Positions 16,264 through 22,731 of a DNA stretch of 22,731 nt are shown here, in pieces. The DNA is taken from UHGV virus genome UHGV-1353574, one strand, 5' to 3'. The notes under the pieces are model-generated. The model was not told the origin of the DNA. It searched no databases and saw only the letters and a list, made by a program, of their open reading frames with translations. A program made the position numbers and the translations under genes. This DNA is from a virus. The stretch's first letter is position 1, and the number at the start of each line of letters is the position of its first letter.

Positions 16264-17130
16264 TTATTGGAAATCGCCAACATACATGTTCAGCTTGTCG
16301 TCCCAATTCAGAACGACACGGATCGTTCCAGTATCTTCTGGGAAGGTCAGTTTGTCACACATGGCGCGATTAACATAAGTCCCGCTCTGGTTGACGTTGT
16401 AGTCCTTGCCTTGCATGATACCAAAACGCTTGAAGTCGCGAGTGACCATCATGTTCAGAGTTGTCCAAGGGATTGTATCGCGCAGGGCTTTGCACAGGAC
16501 GATCTTGCCATCCGACCTGAACGACACAAACAGCTCGTTGGCGACACGACGGCGAGTAGGCGGTTCAAGTTCACGCAGGGAAATGAATTGTGAATTCTTT
16601 ACCTTTTCTGCCAGCGCCTGTACTTCTGCTGGATCCGGCTTGAACGGCTCCACTGAAGAGTCAGACTTCATCACAACGTCACCCTTGCGCTTCTCAACCA
16701 ATTGCTCCACAGCCTTTTGACTCACGGGAGGGAGGTATTTGGACTTAGGAACAACCGCTGGCTTGATGACAGGGCTTGCATCTGGTTTCGCCTTTGGAGT
16801 ACTCCGAGCCGCACGCAGCTTTTCCTGGGCTTGTAGAATGCGCTCTTGACGAGAAAGCGGAGCCTTTGGGGTGATCTTCGTACTGAAGTCAGAAACGCCG
16901 ACCCAGTCACCCTGGTCGTTGCGCTTGGCGACCAGGGTCAGTTTGTGGATGATACCCTGAAGTTTGCTCTCACGTAAGTTGTCGGCATACCAGAACTTCG
17001 CGCCCATCTCGAACTTCTCGGCGAAGATCACGCGAGCGTCTTCGTGTACCAACATAACTTTGGCTGCGTTGGGGGCAAAAGCCTTATTCTTTTCGATAAT
17101 CGCCGCAGCGATTGTTTTGGTCAGGAGCAT
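16264..17130 (-). CDS. hypothetical protein (288 aa) with a Pro/Lys/Ala-rich central linker
   Basis: Track start 17133 is GTG; the adjacent ATG at 17130 has GAAGGAA upstream. Central segment KAKPDASPVIKPAVVPKSKYLPPVSQK looks like a disordered linker between two domains. Confidence 0.6.
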   Translation of the reverse strand: MLLTKTIAAAIIEKNKAFAPNAAKVMLVHEDARVIFAEKFEMGAKFWYADNLRESKLQGIIHKLTLVAKRNDQGDWVGVSDFSTKITPKAPLSRQERILQAQEKLRAARSTPKAKPDASPVIKPAVVPKSKYLPPVSQKAVEQLVEKRKGDVVMKSDSSVEPFKPDPAEVQALAEKVKNSQFISLRELEPPTRRRVANELFVSFRSDGKIVLCKALRDTIPWTTLNMMVTRDFKRFGIMQGKDYNVNQSGTYVNRAMCDKLTFPEDTGTIRVVLNWDDKLNMYVGDFQ

Positions 17131-17169
17131 CACAGTGTATTCCTTCAGTTCACAATGTAGGGCTAAATT

Positions 17170-17496
17170 TTAACCCGAAACTTTATTTTGAAATCCGACA
17201 AAGTCCTGGGCAATCCCCCGACAATACATCAGGTCTTTCTTCGTTTGTGGACTGTTATCAGCCGCAGTCAGCATCATGGGAAGATCCAGCGCATTCTCTA
17301 TCTGATCAACACTGAACAGATCAAGGCGCTTCAGCTCCCCCTCGAAGTCGGACAGGAGGATAGATGTGTCTTTGTCATCTGGGTGGAACTGCTGATACGT
17401 CTCCATCCATGCCACACATGTGTTCAGTTTGGACGGTGGCGCGGCGTTTACACACCCGGCTATCAGTACCAACAAGAGCAGGATTTTACATTTCAT
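17170..17496 (-). CDS. putative lipoprotein (108 aa)
   Basis: ATG at 17496 with AAGGAG 8 nt upstream, overlapping the upstream stop (ATGA). N-terminus MKCKILLLLVLIAGC carries a lipobox (LIAG-C) after a hydrophobic signal peptide. Confidence 0.65.
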   Translation of the reverse strand: MKCKILLLLVLIAGCVNAAPPSKLNTCVAWMETYQQFHPDDKDTSILLSDFEGELKRLDLFSVDQIENALDLPMMLTAADNSPQTKKDLMYCRGIAQDFVGFQNKVSG

Positions 17497-18710
17497 CACT
17501 CGTTCTCCTTCATCATATTGTCGCAGTCAACACGAGTCTGCTGGAGTTCGCGCGACATGCGGGGATCATCAAGGTTCACGCTCAGATTCGTGGCCAGGTC
17601 TTTCAGACCGTTCTGAACACGATCCTCAAAATAATAATCGTTCTCAACCAGCCAGGCTCTGAGACCAAGAGCGCGGGTGCGCCATTCCTTCTTCAGGACG
17701 CGATCAGAGGTCTGCGTGGCGCTGTATTCGAATACTTTGACGCACTGGTTGCCATCGTTGATGAGGTTCAGGTGGCGGCGACCAACCTGCACACCCTTCT
17801 GTAATGCCGGAGAAGGGAGCGAACGGCACTGTCTGACTGTCATTCGGCCTTGGGTGCCCATTCGGCCAGTCATGATTAAATCGCCAGCCTCCATGCCTCC
17901 ACGGTTAAATTCGTCGTCATTGAGGTAGCCTTTGAGGTTATAGGCTCCCTGTTTGTAACGGTTGAACTCAATTCCGGCATTGACGACAGCAGTGGAGACG
18001 TTGCCTGTGTTCCAGAGTTCAGCGAAGTTCTCTATGGAACCAGACTTGTCGATGGCAACCGCCTGGGAGAACCCAGCACAATAGGAAAGGTCGGACCACA
18101 GTTTATCACCTGTGGAGTTCAGCTTGGCAGCGGCGGGTAATGCCAGACCAGCCAGCACAACCCCGAGGATTAAACGTTTCATGGCGATTCTCCTTATTTC
18201 ATTGGATGAAATGATAGGCGGCTCACCATGTTGAGTAAAGGGATTCAATAAACTATCGTATTCAGAAACGGGTATCACTGACCGTTCTGTATCGCACACC
18301 CTGAAACTGTTTAGCGAGTTTAACAATTCCATCGCTGGCAAATCAACTTTGTAGACCTTCATGCGCTGTTTGCCGTCCATGTTCAACGCAGCGACAAATC
18401 GGTGAGAACCGTCAACAACGTAATTGTCAGAAGACACCCAAACTCGACCCATAGGTTTCTTATTTCTGATCTGCTTCATAATCTTCCAGACCTTCATTTT
18501 ATTGATTTCGTTCTGGGTAAGACGAAGCATTTTGATGGGCACTTGCACAGCATCTATGGACACGCCGTTGTCTTCAAGATATTTGTGAAAATCTTCTTGT
18601 TTGTCGGCATCGATTTGCGGCATAGAAGAACGAGAAAGCCCGAGGTTCCCAACAGGAATCCTCAGGCCGTTAATGATGTTCAACCAGTCAATAAAAGATG
18701 TAAGGAACAT
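17496..18710 (-). CDS. ParB-like N-terminal domain fused in frame to a signal-peptide-led C-terminal domain (404 aa); possible internal second start at 18182
   Basis: ATG 18710 with GAGGTG RBS. N-terminal 176 aa carry a ParB/Srx-like motif (YVVDGSHRFVAA). At 18182 an in-frame ATG with AAGGAG 8 nt upstream begins MKRLILGVVLAGLALPAAAK, a signal-peptide-like segment. No stop separates the two parts. Confidence 0.6.
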   Translation of the reverse strand: MFLTSFIDWLNIINGLRIPVGNLGLSRSSMPQIDADKQEDFHKYLEDNGVSIDAVQVPIKMLRLTQNEINKMKVWKIMKQIRNKKPMGRVWVSSDNYVVDGSHRFVAALNMDGKQRMKVYKVDLPAMELLNSLNSFRVCDTERSVIPVSEYDSLLNPFTQHGEPPIISSNEIRRIAMKRLILGVVLAGLALPAAAKLNSTGDKLWSDLSYCAGFSQAVAIDKSGSIENFAELWNTGNVSTAVVNAGIEFNRYKQGAYNLKGYLNDDEFNRGGMEAGDLIMTGRMGTQGRMTVRQCRSLPSPALQKGVQVGRRHLNLINDGNQCVKVFEYSATQTSDRVLKKEWRTRALGLRAWLVENDYYFEDRVQNGLKDLATNLSVNLDDPRMSRELQQTRVDCDNMMKENE

Positions 18711-18718
18711 GACACACC

Positions 18719-18738
18719 TCGGGATATAGGGTTATCCC
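18719..18738 (-). other. perfect 6-bp hairpin directly upstream of the RBS of the 17496..18710 gene
   Basis: GGGATA-TAGGGT-TATCCC; no U-tract; abuts the GAGGTG Shine-Dalgarno, so possibly a translational or processing element. Confidence 0.3.
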
Positions 18739-18742
18739 TTAG

Positions 18743-18901
18743 TTAGCGCATCCATCGATCCTTTCTCTCTTTCTCCTTGCGTTCGCGACGTTTCTGATCG
18801 GATCGGAATAACCAATAGAAGAAGTTCCCACCCAAGATGAAAACCACCGCGATTATTACTAGGACACCCTTCACAATTTCCCAAACCAATTCTTTATCCA
18901 A
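18743..18901 (-). CDS. possible small single-pass membrane protein with a strongly basic tail (about 43-52 aa); start uncertain, no ATG
   Basis: Track ORF 18743..18934 starts with TTG inside the upstream gene. In-frame TTG at 18901 (GAGG 6 nt upstream) or GTG at 18874. Hydrophobic segment VKGVLVIIAVVFILGGNFFYWLF followed by RSDQKRRERKEKERKDRWMR. Lies in a 192-bp gap between genes. Confidence 0.3.
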   Translation of the reverse strand: MDKELVWEIVKGVLVIIAVVFILGGNFFYWLFRSDQKRRERKEKERKDRWMR

Positions 18902-18902
18902 A

Positions 18903-19562
18903 TTATACCTCGTCTTCTTCAGGTCCACCGTCAATCAGGATACGAGCGGTGTCGAAAGTTTCCCCGCCCGTGTTCAACAGCTTGGTTAGATCATCAAGAG
19001 TACCGACAGGACCAAGATCAGCCTGGCGGAGAACGAACTCGAGAAGCCCGTAGAGCGCTGATTGGAATCGGCTGTTGTCGATATCGTTCTTTATTACCAT
19101 CAGGCGTAAGATGTTCTCTGACTGAGTATGGCCAACACACGCCTTGTCTCTGATCATCTCCTTGATAGAACTTCTCTCGGATGGTGTCATAACGTACCCC
19201 CGACAGAGATCAAGAACTCTTCTTGCATGGTCTTGACCGGGTGGTGGTTGCGGGTTTTCGAACATGAAGCCCCAGCCACCGTCGGCGACGTTGCCAAAGG
19301 TCTTGACGCCAAAGGACTTCGTCCCGTTGGAGCAGGAATAGATGTCCAGGACGTATGGGCTACCCTGATTGTCGATCCCACGATTCACGTCGTCTGATAC
19401 GCAGCGCTCAATCATCTTCCCGTTCTTATACAGAACGAGGTCTTGGCCATACGCCTTGAAAGCATAAACACCGTTGGTAGACACTCCGGTGATGACAGGA
19501 GGGGCGGAAACAGCAGCAAAGGAAGCGCCCAGCAGGGCAACAGCGAGGATTAACTTTTTCAT
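18903..19562 (-). CDS. exported hypothetical protein (219 aa)
   Basis: Track start 19583 is TTG; ATG at 19562 gives N-terminus MKKLILAVALLGASFAAVSA, a typical Sec signal peptide resembling the internal MKRLILGVVLAGLALPAAA of the preceding gene. Mature part contains several Cys. Confidence 0.65.
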   Translation of the reverse strand: MKKLILAVALLGASFAAVSAPPVITGVSTNGVYAFKAYGQDLVLYKNGKMIERCVSDDVNRGIDNQGSPYVLDIYSCSNGTKSFGVKTFGNVADGGWGFMFENPQPPPGQDHARRVLDLCRGYVMTPSERSSIKEMIRDKACVGHTQSENILRLMVIKNDIDNSRFQSALYGLLEFVLRQADLGPVGTLDDLTKLLNTGGETFDTARILIDGGPEEDEV

Positions 19563-19586
19563 GATATAGTCTCTTGGTTTCAAATG

Positions 19587-19608
19587 GGCGGGGTATGATT
19601 ACCCCGCC
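19587..19608 (-). repeat. stem-loop repeat copy A (GGCGGGGTA-loop-TACCCCGCC)
   Basis: Perfect 9-bp stem with 4-nt loop (TGAT on plus strand), between the 19615..20121 gene stop and the 19562 start. A near-identical 22-nt element occurs at 20146-20167. Confidence 0.5.
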
Positions 19609-19614
19609 GTGGGT

Positions 19615-20121
19615 TTATAGGGTAACAAGTGATACGGTAAAAACCATCGTCCCGTCTGTTGCCATTTTTCTTGAAACTGGTATGACGCGAGGCTGGCAGA
19701 ATATCCATTCTTTCTCCATGGACGCCAAGTCCAGCATATCCATTTCTGATTCATCGCCTTTGTTCACAAATTTTTCTAGAGAACCATAGACATTAAGCCC
19801 CTCCGGGATTCTGTTTCGATGTTTGTAACAAATGCGGGCAACAGCTTGGGTTCCGTACGATTTAGAAAATTTTTTGGCCACATGCTTCAGTTCACTGAAG
19901 CTAAGGCAAGAATCCCATGTCTGGAACATGTCGCCTCGTTCAAACATCATCCCTAAACGCGCAACGTCCTCTTTAGGCAACCCGCGATAAAGTGTGGTCG
20001 TCTGTGGTTCGCGCAATTCTTGCACCAGATCACGGACGGCAGGGGAAACAGTACCGGGGCGCATGATGTGGGACTTATCATGGACGAGGTAAAATAAATC
20101 TTGAATTTGTTGATCGGTCAT
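19615..20121 (-). CDS. hypothetical protein (168 aa)
   Basis: Track start 20142 is TTG; ATG at 20121 with AGGAA RBS and the recurrent ACTATACC-ATG context. Contains LYRG ... S-x-S ... ESE residues that could be read as an R-S-E ADP-ribosyltransferase-like pattern, but this is weak. Confidence 0.6.
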   Translation of the reverse strand: MTDQQIQDLFYLVHDKSHIMRPGTVSPAVRDLVQELREPQTTTLYRGLPKEDVARLGMMFERGDMFQTWDSCLSFSELKHVAKKFSKSYGTQAVARICYKHRNRIPEGLNVYGSLEKFVNKGDESEMDMLDLASMEKEWIFCQPRVIPVSRKMATDGTMVFTVSLVTL

Positions 20122-20145
20122 GGTATAGTTCCTGCATTTCAAATA

Positions 20146-20167
20146 GACGGGGTAATCATACCCCGCC
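20146..20167 (-). repeat. stem-loop repeat copy B
   Basis: CGGGGTA-ATCA-TACCCCG on the plus strand; its reverse complement TGGGCGGGGTATGATTACCCCG matches copy A (19585-19606) over about 22 nt. Lies between the 20181..20420 gene stop and the 20121 start. Confidence 0.5.
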
Positions 20168-20180
20168 CAAAGTTATAGAA

Positions 20181-20420
20181 TTAACTGATGTGCTTCAGAA
20201 GAGCGAAGAGGATCACGGCCTTGGCCTTTACCTTTCCTACGATGCCTGTCTCGACATCAACTTCTTCAGCAACCCACTCTTTGCCTTTCTTGCTGATGAT
20301 CACGTCACGGCGCTGTGCGTAGACTTCTTTGGTCGCATACACACGACGGAACCCTTTAGCGCGGAGCAATCCCCAATTACGATCAATTTCTACTGAGGTT
20401 TCTACCATTTTGTTCTTCAT
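20181..20420 (-). CDS. hypothetical protein (79 aa)
   Basis: ATG 20420-20418 preceded by TTGAAA-N8-TATATC; stop TAA 20181-20183. Confidence 0.55.
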   Translation of the reverse strand: MKNKMVETSVEIDRNWGLLRAKGFRRVYATKEVYAQRRDVIISKKGKEWVAEEVDVETGIVGKVKAKAVILFALLKHIS

Positions 20421-20471
20421 GATATAATCTTACCTTTCAACCCGGTGAACCCATCGTTCGCCAGTTATTGA

Positions 20472-20501
20472 ATAATAGGACATTCCTTAGAGGAAGTAAA
20501 C
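20472..20501 (-). promoter_or_regulatory. candidate sigma70-like (T4 early-type) promoter for the 20181..20420 gene
   Basis: Minus-strand GTTTAC (rc of 20496-20501), 18-nt spacer, TATTAT (rc of 20472-20477); lies just downstream of the terminator at 20517-20536. Confidence 0.3.
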
Positions 20502-20516
20502 CCCTAAAAGTAAAAA

Positions 20517-20536
20517 TCCCCAACGTTTGTTGGGGA
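20517..20536 (-). terminator. rho-independent terminator after the ACP-like gene
   Basis: Perfect 8-bp stem TCCCCAAC / GTTGGGGA with 4-nt loop; minus-strand RNA followed by UUUUUACUUUUAG. Confidence 0.55.
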
Positions 20537-20542
20537 CTTCTG

Positions 20543-20866
20543 TTATTTGCGCAGGGCAACCACGAGTTCAGCGAGTTCACCCATGGTCGGGTCATCACCT
20601 TTACTACCCAGCCAACCGTCGTCGATTTCGACCTGAAACTCTTCTTCTAGTTCCATTACGATTTCGATGGCATCCAGTTCGTCACCGCCGAGGTCTTTCT
20701 TGGTACGGAGACCAGCCAGCTTGTCCAGGGCGTCCTCGTTCTGAGATGCCACGTCGTCCAGCAATTTGCGCTTGTCATCGTCACGCCACAGATCCATATT
20801 CAGATTGTCAGTGGCGTACTGAGCCAGATGACGCATGACTTCAACATATGTTGGTTTACTGCTCAT
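20543..20866 (-). CDS. acyl-carrier-protein homolog lacking the phosphopantetheine-attachment serine (Ser->Glu), 107 aa
   Basis: ...KDLGGDELDAIEIVMELEEEFQVEIDD... aligns by eye with E. coli AcpP ...[24 protein letters not shown]...; the conserved Ser is Glu (GAA, rc of 20678-20680). ATG 20866 with GGGAGAAG RBS, 1 nt after the upstream stop (TAG-C-ATG). Confidence 0.7.
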   Translation of the reverse strand: MSSKPTYVEVMRHLAQYATDNLNMDLWRDDDKRKLLDDVASQNEDALDKLAGLRTKKDLGGDELDAIEIVMELEEEFQVEIDDGWLGSKGDDPTMGELAELVVALRK

Positions 20867-20867
20867 G

Positions 20868-21473
20868 CTACTTCTCCCAAAGAAAGGCGGGTTGCCCCGC
20901 CCGTTGGATTAGATTTTGATTTTCTTTCTCTGTCAGTTCGGCAGTGACCTTGTACTTCACGCCATCCACTTCAACTTCCATGGTGGACTCTTCCAGGTCG
21001 AGGTCGGTGAACCAGCCGTGGCCAGCAACGATACCATACACCACTTTAGACAGTGTCTTGTTCAGGGCACGGACTTCGGTGATGGCCGCCTTGGCAGCAG
21101 CGTCGATCCAGTTTTCGATCAGCTGTTTCTGTAAGGCTTCAGGCACGGCAGTGATCATAGGAGACTTCACGAATGCTTCGTACTCTTTCAGAGCATTGGC
21201 GATGAACAAGTCACCAGCATTGAGTTTCTTGTTCTCTGCGATCTTCTTCTGTACTGCCGCGATGCTCGGTAGTGAAGACGCCCCGGCGATCTTCACGTTC
21301 AGCTCACGGCTCATGTAGAAGTCGGTAGACTCTTTGGTCTCAGTCTTCGGTGAGAAGCCGTAATCGCGGATGCCGTAGGAGGACAGGAACTCGGCCGCCT
21401 CAGCGCCGTACTGTACTGCCAGGCCTTTGGCGTTACCCTTACCAACCAGGGCGTCTCGATAGAACTTCAGCAC
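20868..21473 (-). CDS. C-terminal segment (about 201 codons) of a large gene that appears split by a +1 frame change; alternatively a separate gene with a GTG start
   Basis: Track ORF starts with GTG at 21473; the first ATG is at residue 54. The upstream ORF ends 35 nt into this frame, and the two frames can be joined at an A-run (minus strand CTGAAAAGG, plus strand tttt at 21487-21490). Confidence 0.5.
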   Translation of the reverse strand: MLKFYRDALVGKGNAKGLAVQYGAEAAEFLSSYGIRDYGFSPKTETKESTDFYMSRELNVKIAGASSLPSIAAVQKKIAENKKLNAGDLFIANALKEYEAFVKSPMITAVPEALQKQLIENWIDAAAKAAITEVRALNKTLSKVVYGIVAGHGWFTDLDLEESTMEVEVDGVKYKVTAELTEKENQNLIQRAGQPAFLWEK

Positions 21474-22731
21474 CTTCTGCTTGCCTTTTCAGGGCTTCCA
21501 GACGGACATTATCCGCAAAGAACTGAGCAGCACTGATGTTCTTGACCATGGCGCGGTTGACCAGCGGTACGCTTTCCAGGTTCAGGACAAACACTTCTGG
21601 ACCACCAAACACGTGGACGCCCATTTCGATCAGCTTATGCACGACTTCGATATCAGCCTTGAACGGCAGAGTCTTCACGTTAATGATACCGTCTTTGACG
21701 ATGGTGTAGTTGCGCCACTGGAAAGTATCCAGTTCTTCAGGCAGGCCAAACTTCTTCTGTGCGAATTCAGGCACAGCCACAGTACCGTGTTGAATTGTAC
21801 GCACACTGATGTTCGGGCGCTCGGAGTTATAGACCAAATCACTGATTGGCACAACACCCAGATCGTTGGTAGGTTCGAACGTCGGGTTCCACTCTTCGTG
21901 CTCTGCCAGCTTGAGAGCCAGGGCTTTACGCTCTTCTTTGGACTGAGCATTCGCGATCTGTTCTGCCAGCTTGTCTTCGGTGTCGTCGGTTTTCTGCACA
22001 GTACCGCGCCCGATGCTCTTGTAGGAGAACATCGGATGCTTGGTAGCAACAGGCACACCAGCTTCAGCCAGGTACGTCAGCACATCAACGACGGTGGTCG
22101 CATCTTCAGCTGGAACCAGGTCATAGTCAATACCGTCAACGCCGCGCAGCTGGTCGTCAACAATCGCCTGTACCAGATCGTTCTTGATGTTGGAGTAGTC
22201 CTGCTTGGTGAAGCAGTTGCTGTACTGTTTGATGAAGCGAACGTCGCCCGTCTTCTTCAGCGCAGCCCAAACCAGATCTGCGTCCATAGTGTGTACACCG
22301 TAGAACGCCAGCACATATGCCGCCTGGATGTCCGTCAGGCTATCCATCTGGTCGATCATGTTAGGGTTTACAACCCACAGCTTGGTGACGCTCTCAGGGA
22401 TGCTCACGTGGCCGATAGGATGGTCTTCATCCGGCTGTACCGCCAGAACAGTTGCTACGCCGTTTTCAACATAGATGGCGTGGGTGTATAGCAGAGGCAC
22501 ATCAACAACCACCTTCGGCACTGATGACTTCAGCACGTTTTCCAGTTCGGTCTGGTATTCGGTCTGACCTTCGGCAAACACGTGAGTAGCACCAGAGAGT
22601 TCGGCCATCTGCGCCAGCAGTTCTCGGTTACAGTACCAGCCATATTCGATGAAAGTAATGTTATCGAAAGCAAATGGCAGGGTCTCAGCAACCAGTAGAA
22701 TTTCGTTGGTACGCCAGCAGTTGTCATACCC
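21439..22731 (-). CDS. hypothetical protein, internal/3' part (5' end beyond window end); upstream part of the split large gene
   Basis: Track ORF 21439..22608 starts at the first ATG, but the same frame stays open to position 22731 (...GYDNCWRTNEILLVAETLPFAFDNITFIEYGWYCNRELLAQ-MAELSG...), so the gene begins outside the window. Stop TAA 21439-21441. No motif recognised. Confidence 0.6.
   Translation of the reverse strand, partial: GYDNCWRTNEILLVAETLPFAFDNITFIEYGWYCNRELLAQMAELSGATHVFAEGQTEYQTELENVLKSSVPKVVVDVPLLYTHAIYVENGVATVLAVQPDEDHPIGHVSIPESVTKLWVVNPNMIDQMDSLTDIQAAYVLAFYGVHTMDADLVWAALKKTGDVRFIKQYSNCFTKQDYSNIKNDLVQAIVDDQLRGVDGIDYDLVPAEDATTVVDVLTYLAEAGVPVATKHPMFSYKSIGRGTVQKTDDTEDKLAEQIANAQSKEERKALALKLAEHEEWNPTFEPTNDLGVVPISDLVYNSERPNISVRTIQHGTVAVPEFAQKKFGLPEELDTFQWRNYTIVKDGIINVKTLPFKADIEVVHKLIEMGVHVFGGPEVFVLNLESVPLVNRAMVKNISAAQFFADNVRLEALKRQAEGAEVLSRRPGW

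Noticed and set aside
16208-16306. Extension of the 220-aa gene (track start 16306)
   Set aside because: Would run through the terminator-like hairpin at 16229-16252 and overlap the upstream gene by 43 nt.
18902-18935. TTGACG ... TATAAT as a sigma70 promoter at the end of the 18903..19562 gene
   Set aside because: Spacer between the hexamers is 21 nt, outside the usual 16-19 range.
21481-22491. 336-aa plus-strand ORF
   Set aside because: Antisense to the long minus-strand ORF that is coupled to the ACP-like gene; the minus frame is open to the window edge.
1-22731. CRISPR arrays, tRNA or rRNA genes, integrase/transposase-type mobile elements
   Set aside because: No regularly spaced direct repeats and no cloverleaf-like or rRNA-like segments noticed on reading; the only repeats are short intercistronic hairpins. 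A tRNA scan was not run, so a tRNA cannot be formally excluded.

Overview
This window reads as a segment of a T4-type myovirus genome. Almost all genes are on the minus strand, tightly packed and often translationally coupled (ATGA / TAATG overlaps). A recognisable core block runs gp55-like late sigma factor -> gp47 (Mre11/SbcD-like nuclease) -> gp46 (Rad50/SbcC-like ATPase), and two T4-type late-promoter boxes (TATAAATA) and many intercistronic stem-loops are present. The flanking regions look accessory: an RNase HI, a DinG/XPD-like helicase with a Cys cluster, an HU-like protein, a signal-peptide-bearing lytic-transglycosylase-like protein, a cluster of exported/lipoprotein genes, and several hypothetical proteins. 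The three most unusual items are (1) an acyl-carrier-protein homolog whose phosphopantetheine-attachment Ser is replaced by Glu, (2) a ParB-like domain fused in frame to a signal-peptide-led domain with its own internal RBS and ATG, and (3) a large gene next to the ACP-like gene that appears split by a +1 frame change. No rRNA, tRNA or CRISPR array was seen. All calls rest on reading the sequence and the ORF track by eye; no database search, HMM or folding computation was run. The ORF track uses TTG/GTG as well as ATG starts, so several starts were re-placed at the first ATG with a Shine-Dalgarno sequence.
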